This document shows positions 53,071 to 64,000 of a stretch of DNA of 64,000 bases, in pieces. Made by a program: the position numbers and the translations under genes. The stretch comes from Isurus oxyrinchus (taxonomy: Eukaryota), in assembly GCA_026770705.1 (NCBI GenBank), contig JANJGN010000035.1:7006001-7070000 (forward strand), written 5' to 3'. Position 1 is the first letter of the stretch; each line of letters begins with the position of its first letter. The notes beneath the pieces are model-generated. The model had not been told where the DNA came from. It saw only the letters and a list, made by a program, of their open reading frames with translations, and searched no databases.

Positions 53071-53719
53071 GTATTATGTTCAGTCCCATCACAAAACACC
53101 CACCAATGTCCCACACCGCCGCTCCACCTTTCTGGACTTGAAGGATACTGATGTTGAATAGGGAGTCCTTGACAGAATCTGGGAACCCGTGTCCTTCTCT
53201 ACCCTAACATGACTGTTACCCCTTTACCTATCAGGAAAATTAAATTTCCAATATCATTCTCCAAAAGTGTTTAATATTATTGTAATTTTCTTGCGAATTG
53301 GACTCTACATGTCTTTCCTGCTATCTGCTTGTCTGCAGACTAGTTAAAACATGAATGACACACCTCTTTATTTTTCTCATTTAATTTCAGCCATTTCTCC
53401 TTATCCCTAAAACATGTGGGACTTGGGCTCATTCTAGAAGTGGCATGTTCTCCTCCATCAAATCAGTAACAGTAGCTCTCTCTTTTTTTGCTGCACATCT
53501 TTCGTGAACACCTTTTATCAAGGGCTTTTGTGTTACAAGGCTTGATTTTTTCAGCTAGGTGTGCGTCAATGCTACCATTTCAATGTTCTACCATGCACTT
53601 TAAATTGACTCTTGACCTCATTGCATTCCCTCTTAAATCGAAGTACTTAATAGCAAAGCATTTCTTATTCTCTTGCGATCTGACTCTCCCAATTCTTTGT
53701 GCAACAATTCCCTACTTTC

Positions 53720-56511
53720 ACTTTGATATTATGTCACGTCAATTTGACTAAAAACCTCTCAAATAAGATTGTGAAACCGTCAAAAACACGTTTCTGATGA
53801 ATTCCGAACAGGAATTGATAATTCTTCAGAACTTGAGTCATGGCATTTCTATTCATTTACCTCCAAAGGTAAAAGGGAAACATAGCTTTTTTTTTCCCAT
53901 GCAAAACCGATTTTGTACTAAAATTCGATCACTATGATTGCAATACACTTTAATTAGAAAATCAGATTTTTTGCTGAAAATTACCACCTAATTCATACTT
54001 CCTGATGGTTTTCAATAAGGTGATGCAAAAGAGAACTCAACAAGAACGAACAATGCCGAAAACATTTTCTAAGCTGTTGAATCCCAACTCCAATCTGAGA
54101 GAGACATTGTCTGCAATACCGACCAGACAGACGGAGTTAGAAAATGATCTGAAAGGTAAGCGTTATACAAATCTTACTTTCAGTCAGAATAAAATGAACA
54201 ACAAATGATAATTTCTGCGAATTGTCGTCAGTAGCTGAGTGTAAAATTTTGAATTGGACGGAATAGGAACTGGCAGAATCACAATTTCCGAATTTTGAAG
54301 CACGGAAACGGTCACCCTACATTTAGCGCTAATGTATCAGAATATGGAACCTACAACATAACAGTGACAGAAGAAATACAGCTGTTTTTATTTTTGCTTT
54401 TCTACATATCCCAGTATACATTAGGTTTGCGAACTCCATAAACATAACCTGACAAAGTCACAATTTCTAACGTAGGCATTATTAAATATTTTGCCAACGT
54501 GCTATTTAACCGCTGTAGCTTCAATAAATGTACATACATGCTACTTCGTTTGTGTTGGCATGTATATTTGAAGTCGGCAATGTGAGCAGGGCCAATTAAG
54601 GTTTTTTGGGCATTCGGTCCGTGAAAATGTAATTGGGAGGTAAAGCAGATCATGTACGCAGCTCTGTCTCTGTCTCTTTCTCTTTCTCTCTCTCTATGTT
54701 TCCCTTTCTCTCTCTCTCTCTTTATCTCTGCCTCTCTCTCCCCCTCTCCATCTCTTCCACTTTCTCTTTGGACAACGCAGATCAGTAAAATCAACGTTTT
54801 CTGCATTTAAATAAAGACAACAATGACATTGTTGGTTCGTTCATATTCTAGAGATAGAGCAAAAATACAAAGACAAATTCGAGCAACAGGTTATGAAGGT
54901 ACCTATCAGCACAACCGAATATTTGAGGTTTCAGCTCTGGATGACAAATTCGTTGAAGTGAAGGCAGTTTCTTTGGGTCTTGACCAATGGCTGGTAGACA
55001 ATGAACTGAAGGCTCGAGGTAGAGGAGATGAAGTTTGGCAGAGAAACAGTGGACAAAATTAATTTGAAGAATTTAACATTGATGACCTAGTGAAACACAG
55101 TTTTGATAACACAGGAAAAACGCATACCACCTTGGTACTTGGGGGCGCACGGATTGGGAAAAAAAAAAACATGATACAGAAAATATTGCATGATTGGTCC
55201 AGAGAGAAACTATGCAACATTTTAAATTTATCTTCTCTTTTACTGTTCAACAATTGAATTCATTAAGTGGTAAAATAAGCTTAAAAACTCTGATCCTGGA
55301 TTCATATCCAGATTTAGAAGATAAGTTGGAACATCTTTGGACATAACCTGAGGATATATTGTTTATACCTGATGATATAGACCAACTTCACCAAGTCATA
55401 GATTTTGCCTTTGATCAGAGAAAGTACGATCCTAAATACCAATCTTTGAGTCCCAGGTGCAGTAGTGAATTTTCAGATATTGTGCGCTGTCTCATACTTG
55501 GATACTTGCTCAATGCCTGCTCAGTGCTAATCACAAGCAAACATTGGAAGCTGGACTCTGTGCAACAGGTGAATATAAATCTAACCGTGGAAATCGGGGG
55601 TTTCACACACGGCAAAATATGGCAATTTGTTCGCATTTATTTTGGAAATGAAAGCCTTGCATCAGATATAATTGAGCACCTTGAGCAGAATGAGGCATTG
55701 TACACCATGTGCTTTAATCCACTATTCTGCTCAGTCGTTTGTGCATTATTAGTCTCACACTTCAAATATCGAAAGGGGAAAGAAACAATATTTGTCACCA
55801 GTGTGTAAGTTTTCTCAACTTTTATCTCAAGCCTCCGAGATAAATACGGCCGTGACACTGTAAGAAATTGTGACATGCTGCTGAAGTTGGGCGATTTGGC
55901 CTTCAAGGGCATTTGCAGAAAAAAAAACTTTGTGTTTAATCGTGATGATTTCCAGCACCGCGGATTGGAATTTTCCAATTCGCACTCTGCTTTTATGATG
56001 TAGGTCCCAGACAAAACTCAAGCCATCTACAAGTTGACACAGCCTGTTTTGCAGGACTTCGTTGCTGCCCTTGCAAAAATACCAAATACAGCAGGAAAGG
56101 ATGTGACACGATCACTAACTGAATTTCACACAAATGCTGACGACAGATTTAAGTTATTTTCAAGATTTCTTGTTGGGCTCTCCTCATGAAACTTAACGGG
56201 ACAGAGCCAAAAATTAATGGGTACAGTTCCTTCTGAATCGTCCTTGCGTGTTTCTGATTGGCTCAAAACAAATGTGCAAAGATGTGCTCAGAGCTTAGAG
56301 GATGGCCAGTCGCAAAAGACTTTCTTACAACTGTTAGATTTATTTCATGAATTTAGGGACTTGGAACTTATGGCAGCTTCATTAATGCCGTTAAAGAAAA
56401 TTATTCTCACAAAATGTCATCTTAAAACGTACGATTGCACTGTACTTTCAAGCATGTTAGCTGCTGTTGAAGTAATGGAGGAGCTGTATCTGGATCGTTG
56501 TGGTGTGCAAG
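53720..56511 (+). pseudogene. NLR (NACHT-LRR, NLRP3-like elasmobranch family) pseudogene: two N-terminal-domain exons plus the FISNA/NACHT exon
   Basis: Donor AAG|GTAAAA after 53868; exon 53958-54155 (AG|AAAATC...CTGAAAG|GTAAG); phase-compatible acceptor TTCTAG|AG at 54852 gives LK|EIEQKYKDK. Motifs: LVDNELKARGR, Walker A GGARIGK..MIQKILHDW, Walker B LFIPDDIDQL, CSVLITSK, LYTMCFNPLFC, LQDFVAALA, RFLVGLS, first LRR DCTVLSSML..ELYLDRC. Stops at 55060, 55344, 55806, 56001 and 56187, plus frameshifts. Start coordinate approximate. Confidence 0.93.
54662..54768. repeat. (TC)n-rich microsatellite in the NLR intron
   Basis: Imperfect TCTCTC tract about 85 nt upstream of the NACHT exon acceptor. Confidence 0.9.
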
Positions 56512-57367
56512 GTAATTAAAACTGTCATTAATGTCAGTATCTTCTAAAGATACATTGGTTTGAGGTGCTTCCATTGTTAGTTGGGTAGGAACGCCATTTT
56601 AAACTGTCATTTTCAGACACGCGAGGTATTTTGCCTGTCTTTTCACAGGATGAGGAACATCATGAGATATTGCAAACTATTTTGAACGCTTTAATTATTT
56701 GGACAGATTTTTTGCTAAGGCATAAAGTGAAAAGGCTTTCAGAAACACTGCGGGAGACAAAATCGAGGGAGCAGTGATAATGTGGGGAATCAGCGCAGTG
56801 CATATGTCACAAGTCCACGGTAGGCACCAATGGATAATTGTAGTTAGTTACACGTCATCAGAATGCCACCCCGGAATACATGCATCGAGGCTCAGTAGTG
56901 AAAGTGTGGCTAATATTAGAATACAAGTCTTTTCGTAAAGGAGCCTGTTTGTTGCATAAAGTAAGAGAAGAAAGATGAAGACCACGTACACGAGCAGAAA
57001 ATAGACTTTAACAATTGTCATGAAATTATAATAATATTCAGGATATTATCTTGTCAGATTTATTGTGGGCGCAAGTATTTTGGTCAGCATGTGTGCGATT
57101 TTGCTTGACATTCTAATGAGTTAATAAGGGTGCTGGCTGAACCTATAAGTTTTGGAAGGAATTAATTTTTTATTAGATGAAGGGATATTTTGATTTAAAA
57201 GGGATTTTAATTTGTTTACACCGAGCCAATTAAACACTGATAAGGATTGTGCTTACAGCTTTACAAAAAAATATATCGTGACAACATGAACGTTTTTTAG
57301 GTTTTGTGGGAGATGCAGTTTCAAAAACTTACGAAAACATAAAACTTACGTTTTGAAGGAGGGAAAC

Positions 57368-57370
57368 ATA

Positions 57371-57428
<58 letters not shown>
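57368..57428. repeat. (TA)n microsatellite
   Basis: About 30 TA units with one CA interruption. Confidence 0.98.
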
Positions 57429-57430
<2 letters not shown>

Positions 57431-58254
57431 AGTAGCAATGTCAGAAGAAGACATTGTTTTGGCTAACAGAAGTGTGTGAAATATCCCTAAAAGTATCTCC
57501 AGGATTTTGTGCATAAGTTTGCTGTCTAACGAACCTGAAGATGGATTAAAAACATTAGAAATTTCTTTGTCCAGGATACAATGTTAACTTCTTGGATCAG
57601 GTTAAAATATAAATTCCATTCTTCCAGTATAGCCTGAAAGCCTGTGCCATTGGGAATAAGTTTAATTAGAAATTTTAGAATTTATTTTAACTTTTTGAAA
57701 GCTTATGCATGTGCTGGGCATCGTTTCTTCGGTTCAAAACTATTTTAATTATTACTTTTTGATCTCTAAATATCTTGGCGGACTTATTTATTCTGAATTA
57801 AGTTAAGATACCTCGAAATAAACAGAAATTGCCAAACCGTTATGACCGTGTGTTCAGATGTTCTATTATGGCACTATCACAGGCTTGGCTTAAGTTAATG
57901 AGGGCCAGGAGATTAGTTACTAAGGACAGCAAGGGTTTAGAATTGATAAGGAAGGCAAAGAAGTGGCAATCGGGGAGTTTAATCATGCTGGCAAAAAGAG
58001 AATGTGAGAATATTTTAGTTGGTAGCGTACAATTTAACCAAATGACTGGTATTAACAATGCAAAGAAGAAGAATTAAATGGAAATTGCTTGTGTGTGCGT
58101 GCGTGTACAAGGGCATGTCTGGGTGGGTGGCTGTCTGGGTCTGTGTGGTGGAAGGGTGTTAGCAAAAAAGAGTTTAATATTTTCTCAGAGGTGTAGAAAA
58201 ATTACATTTTACTAATATTTTCCAAAGAAGAGGATTCTTCTGAAATATTGGTCA

Positions 58255-61200
58255 TTGAAACATAGAAAAATAGAAAATAAGAGCAGAAATAGGCCACTCA
58301 GCCCTTCGGGCCTGCTGTGCCATTCATTGTGAACACGGCTGATCATCCAACTCAATAGCCTGCTCCCACTTTCTCCCCACATCCTTTGATCCCTTTCACG
58401 CCAAGAGCAATATCTAACTCCTTCTTGAAAAATGATAAGGTTTTGACATCAGCTACTTTCTGTGGTAGCGCATTCCACAGACTGACCACTCTCTGGGTGC
58501 GGAAATGTTTCCTCACCTTAGTCTTAAATGGTCTACTCCATATCTGCAGCCGGTGATCCCTAATTCTGGAAACCACCACTATCGGCAACATCTTTCCTTC
58601 ACCTGCCCTGTCTAGTCGTGTTAAAATTTTATGTTTCTATGAAATCCCCCCTCATTCTCCTGAACTCCAACGAATATATTCCCAACCAAGTCCAGCACTC
58701 CTCATTTGTCAGATTCGCCATCCCAGGAATTAACCTGATAAACCTCAACTCCCTTGAAAGCAAGGAAATCCTTCTTCAGGTAAGGAGATCAAAGCTGCAC
58801 ACAATATTTCAGGTGTGGTCTCAAGAAGGCCCTGCATAGTTGGAGCAAGGCAACCGTGCTCCTGTATACCCGTCCTCTCGGTCTGATGACTAACATATGA
58901 TTTGCCTTCTTTAAGGCCAGCTGCAGTTGTATGCTAACGTTCAGCAAAGGGTATAGGAGGACACCCAGGTAACTTTGCAAATTCCCCTCTCTCAATTTTT
59001 ATTAATTTACATAATAATTTGCCTTTATATTTTGCTACAAAAAGCCTCACATTTATCCTTATTATATTGCATCTGTTATGAATTTTTTCACTCTCTCAGC
59101 TTGCACAAACAACATTGAAGCTTTTCTGCATCCTCCTCATAGCACAAACTCCCATCCAGTTTGGCGTCATCTGCAATTTTGGAGAGATTACATTTAGTTC
59201 CCTAATATAAATCATTAGTGTATATTGGGAGTAGCTGGGGTACCAACATCGATCGATGTGGCACCCTACTAGTCACTGCCTGCCATTCGGAAAAAAAAAA
59301 GTTTATTTCTAGTTTTGTTGCCTGCCTGCCATCCAGTTTTCACTTCATCGCAATGCACATCCCCCAATCCCATGTGCTTTAAATTTACACGGTAGTCTCT
59401 CATGTAGGCCTTTTCGAAAGACTTCCGACAGTCGGAATAAACGAGGTCCACTGGCTCCCCCTCATCAACTAACTCTCTACATCCATGAAAAATTTCAATA
59501 GATTTGTCAAGCAAGATTGGCCTTTCGTAAATTCATGTTGGCTCTGTTCGATTGTGCCACTCTATTCCCGGTACAAAACGATTAAGTCTTTTAATGGACT
59601 TTACAAATTATCCCACTTCTGACGTCAGGCGGACTGGTCTATAATTCCCTGTTTTCTCTGCAACTCCATTTTTAAATAGCATAGCAACATAAGCTGCTCT
59701 GCAGTCTGTAGGAACTCACCGATAGTCCACAGAGGTATTTCTACTACAACCTCCTTATGTACTCTGGGATGTAGATTATCAGGCCCTGGGTATTTTCCGG
59801 CCTACAATCCCATATGTTTCCCCTACACCATTCCCTTAATAATGCAGAACTCATTCAGTTCCTCTCTCTCACTAAACCCTGTAGCACCCAACATTCCTGT
59901 CATGTTTCTTGTGTAAATTTTGTGAAGACAGAACCAAAGTGTGCATTTTGTTGGTCAGTCATTTTTCCCCCATTATAAATTCACCTTTTTCTGACAGTAA
60001 GTAACCGCCATTTGTCTTCACCGATCTTTTTCTCTTCACACATCTATTGAAACCTTTACCGTCAGTTATGATCCCCACAACTTGCTCCAGTATTATGTTT
60101 TCTCCTTTTGTAAGCAATCCCTTGGTCACCTTTTAAACCGATCCAATCCTCAGGTGTGTTGTTCCTTCCGGAAAACTTGTAAGCCTCTTCCTTGAAGCTA
60201 TCACTATCTCAAATTCCCCTTGTATGTCATGATGAGGCAACCTATCTTGTTTTGCATTTTTGCTAGCTAGGGTTAAACAATTGTTGCAGTTCCCCCATGT
60301 GCTCTTTGCATGTTTGTCATTGGTTCTTTACCCGCTTCCCTTTAAGTAACGTTTCATAGACCATCATAGCCCACGTATGTGTCACACCATCGTAGCTTGC
60401 TTTAAAAAGATTCAGAACACTAGTTTCAGAATCTCTAGCGTCAATCTCCATCTTGATGAAGAAATCCATCATATCATACTCGCTCACACCTAAGGGACCT
60501 CGAACAGCTCGATTGCCAATTATTCTTTTCGCATTGCACAATACCTAGTCTAAGATTGCCTGCCCTCTAATTGGTTCCTTAATATATTGGTCTGGGGAAA
60601 AAAACACCCGCTGAGCACTCCAGGAATTCCTCCTAAACGTGGTTGCTGATTGATTTCAAAAATCGAAATGCAGATCAAAGTCACCCATAATTACAAATGC
60701 TCCTTTATTGAATGCATCTCTAGTTTCCTGTGCAAAACCATTCTCAAAATCAGCACGTCAGTTTCAAGATGAATATACAAACCCCACTGTTTCTCTGCTC
60801 TACCCACAAAGACTCCACACCGTTGGAGCTAATATCATTCTTCAGTATTGCGTTAATTTCCTCTTTAACCAGCTATGCAACTCCGGCACCTTTTATTTTT
60901 TGCCTGCCTTTCCTGAATGCTCAATACCCATGGATGTTTTTTCCCTATAGCTGTACACCCTGCAACCATGTCTCTCTAATCCCGATTATATCATTCCTGT
61001 TTAAATCTATTTGTGCATTTTATTCTTCAACTTTATTGCAAATGCCCCTCGTGTTAAGGGACAAAGCGTTAAGGCTCTTTTTTTAATTTCAAAACTACTT
61101 ACTCTGTTTCCATTCTTTTCAAATGAGGTCCTGTTTGATTTTTGCTCTTGTTTTCTCTGCCTATCACTTTTACTCTTCCCTTTCTGTCTTTTTTTCTTGT

Positions 61201-62460
61201 CCTTGACTCCCCCAGCTCTGACTCTTTGCATAGTTTCCCACCTCCTGACACTTTAGTTTAGAATCTCTCCAACTGCTCTAGAAAACAATCAACTAAGAAC
61301 ATAATTCTCAATACTGCCCATGATTAACCAATCCTGTTTCCATTGGTCGCAACTCCACCAGAAACGTTCCCAATGTCCTAAGAATCTCAAAGCCTCCCCC
61401 TCACAACATCTCATCAGCCTCGTATTCATACAAGGCATGCTTACTTTTCTACTCTTGCTAGCACGTGGCACTGATCCTGTGAACACCAGCTTTGAAGTCC
61501 TACTTCTCAGCTTCCTCACACATTTCCTATATACTGCTTTTTGGATCTCATCAATTGCTTAACCTTTGCTCTCTGTTTCAATGTGTACCACAAGCACTGG
61601 CTGCTCATCCTCCCCCAACAAAATGTCCTCTATCTGCTCTGGACCGTAGCACCAGGGTTGCAAAATACCATCATGGAGTTGCATTTGCGGCCACAGAAAA
61701 GCTTGTCTTTTACTCATACATTTGAAAACCCTACAGTCCTTCCATTCCCACAATTTCTAATCCTCGCCTTTGCAGCAGAGCCAATCGAGGTGCAACGAGA
61801 TTGGCTCTTGCTGCATTCCCTTGGGAGGCCTTTCCCTTCAACAGTATCCAATGCGTTGTGTCTGTTTTGCAGGGGAATAGGAAATGGGTTTCCCTCGGTG
61901 CATGCCTAGTCCTCTTGCTCTGCCTGGTCGTCACCGATTCACTTCCTGCTTGCGGGATTTTAACCTACAGTGTGTCCAACTCACTGCACGTGCTATCCAA
62001 CATGCTCTGCATCTCTAGGGTACACCACAGTGCCCCCAACGCCATTCCAGCTCCGCCACACGGGGAAATTGATACATTGCCCGCAGGCATGCTGGCCATG
62101 GGCATTGGAAATGTTCCCGGGTTCCCACATAGACTACGGGGTGCACAGCAAGGCTTGGAGCTTTCCTACCATGACTTTCCCCTTTAAATTAAATTAAAAA
62201 TTTTGGAAGATACTTAATATCCACTAACGTCAATACTCTTGGGCCCTTCTTCCCTATTCTTCGTTGGTAAAGAACATATACCTTACAAATGCTTAACCAC
62301 AAAATAATGACTTCAAATCTATAAATGATAAAACTATTCCATCGTACTCCGATCTTCCTCACGATTCTCAAAGGATCAGTTCGTTCCCTCCTCACTGAAC
62401 TCCCCCAGTCAACAAACTCCTACTTTATCAACTACTGCAGTCCAAAGCAGCACCCCAGTG
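58255..62460 (-). mobile_element. Near full-length but disabled CR1 LINE (ORF1 zinc finger plus esterase; ORF2 endonuclease plus RT)
   Basis: ORF1: LLCTP*SMWE...HACGQC (62080-62170) and EQIEDILLGEDEQPVLVVHIET (SGNH esterase). ORF2: VRGPLGVSEYDMMDF, VDEGEPVDLVYSDCRKSFEK, ISKIADDAKL, FLRPHLKYCVQ, RTQRVVSLWNALP. 3' tail catagaaaaatagaaaataagagcagaaataggcc. The 5' end is approximate. Confidence 0.95.
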
Positions 62461-63369
62461 TCGACAAAGGGACGAGGGGAGTTGGAACATGATGTTGCAA
62501 GTGATAGTTAAGATTTCCTGTGAAGCATGGTCATCTGTATACCAGATGGACTGAATGATGCACGTTGTATTACTGTAGACACCTAATGGAGCCGAGGGTC
62601 ATGATAGCGAAGAACTTTCCTTGCTTTCTTATATAAGGTTCAGTTGAAACAGGAATTAAAGGGGAACATGCCGAACATATTCAACAAATCTGGCAGAATC
62701 CGTAGAGATAGACAGGCTGGCAGAACCTGTCATTGTGGAGTACTGAGAGAGATTGCATTATTCAAGGAAACATAGGGCTGATCTGCAATAAAAAACAGAG
62801 TTTCAGTAATATACTAAAAAAAAATAATTAACCAGTGAAACTTGATTACGAAATATTTAGGATAATGTCCAGACGAATTTAGAAAATTGTGTTTGACAAA
62901 CGATATGTAAAAGAACGGTTAAACAATTTGAATTACAAAACATGTAATTGTCAACGTACGTTATTTTTCAACATCAACGAGGATAATTTAAAGTCATTCT
63001 GATAGGAAACCACTTTTCAATCTGGACAATAGTTGATATTATTGTCAGCCATTCGAATTGCTGTAATCCTGTCTTTGATGATAGTCTGCCTGGAGAGGGG
63101 TTCGTGGATTATCATCTCTACTGATCATTGAACGTCGCAGGGCATCCTGAGAAATTAGCAAATAATTCACGTGATATATGAACGTTTCAAATTGGTATCT
63201 TCAGTATAAGGCTTTGCTGTAAATATAATTATAAGGCTCTGGTTCAGACTCAGGAGGCGTTTTTTATCAATTCTGCCCACCATAATTTAAGAGTTATTCG
63301 AGTCTCCGACAGTGACTGCAAAACAGAATTTCCTGCGTAATTCCAGAAATTAAATGTTTTAGCTTTATT

Positions 63370-64000
63370 TTGGCTTGGAGAAGCTGGATTTGTTCTCTAT
63401 GCATCAAGTGACTTTGACGATTGGTTTGATAAATGTGTGCAATAACGTTGCAGCTTTATATGAGGCAACCAAAAATACGTATTCACCATTCGCCGTTGGT
63501 GAATGCTCAAGTTCACAAACACACATTTTTTATATTAATTCGTGGGATGTGGGTCTCACTGTTTTGGCCAGAGTTCAGAATTTATTGTTCATCCCTCATT
63601 GGCCGTGCACAGAGGACATTTGTTCTAAAGAGTCAACCACAGTGCTCTGAGGCTGGATTCAGATGAAGGTCAGAGCAGGTGAAGATGGCAGTTTTTCTTC
63701 GCAAAAATACATTGATGAACCACATCATTTCTTTGTGAAAATCGACTGTGGTGTCATGCTCATCATTAGACTTTAAACTTTTTTAAAAGAAATGTAGGGG
63801 TAATTTTATGAATAAATCTTAAACATCGAGCAATGGTGAACTGAAAAACGACGCCCCTAAAGGTGTTGGAAGCAGAGACTATAACTAATCACGAATAAAA
63901 TTAGATGGGCATATGGGAAAAAAAAAATGCAGGTCTGCAGGGATAGAATGGGGTAAAATATCAGCCTGCTACGTTCTGCAGAGAGCAGCCCTGGGCGTGA
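63370..64000 (+). mobile_element. CR1 3' fragment interrupted by a SINE
   Basis: LEKLDLFSMHQ..GLINVCN at 63375-63440; resumes after about 63790 with 3' UTR-like sequence. Confidence 0.7.
63530..63775 (-). mobile_element. SINE (same family as 11850-12068)
   Basis: ttcgtgggatgtgggtctcactg...aagagtcaaccacagtgctctgaggctgga...gtcatgctcatcattagact. Confidence 0.8.

Noticed and set aside
54402-54806. 134-aa minus-strand ORF rich in RE repeats
   Set aside because: Translation of the (TC)n microsatellite.
55637-56014. 125-aa minus-strand ORF
   Set aside because: Antisense shadow of the NACHT exon.
57329-57514. ORF with IYIYIY
   Set aside because: Translation of (TA)n.
1-64000. CRISPR arrays, tRNA/rRNA genes, prokaryotic operons, Ig/TCR segments with RSS
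   Set aside because: No regularly spaced repeats, structural RNA genes or heptamer-spacer-nonamer pairs were seen; the sequence is vertebrate repeat-rich DNA.

Overview
This is AT-rich, repeat-dense vertebrate DNA. The repeat families (CR1 LINEs with shark-type 3' ends, Penelope elements, Deu-domain SINE, Gmr1-like Gypsy) and the NLR type point to a cartilaginous fish (shark or ray); that assignment is inference from recalled family sequences. I see no intact protein-coding gene, and most short ORFs are repeat debris. Three larger structures stand out. (1) A disabled NACHT-LRR (NLR) gene on the + strand, with a clear FISNA/NACHT exon at 54852-56511 and two upstream exons. A trail of + strand exon-like relics from about 10.6 kb to 46.9 kb encodes PYD-, death-domain- and CARD-like peptides, suggesting a dead NLR with several death-fold domains or a cluster of such genes. 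(2) An internally deleted retrovirus-like element on the - strand (about 14.6-18.45 kb): LTR, tRNA-Ser-like PBS, gag-like remnant, integrase with GPY motif, and a downstream Cys-containing env-like frame without the gammaretroviral signature. (3) A decayed Gmr1-like Gypsy element (28457-36357, - strand) with two LTRs, a PBS-Pro-like site, gag and protease. It has an unexplained coiled-coil-like region instead of RT/IN, and nested Penelope and CR1 insertions with visible target-site duplications. A near full-length CR1 (58255-62460, -) closes the window. All homology calls come from hand translation and recalled motifs, not database searches.
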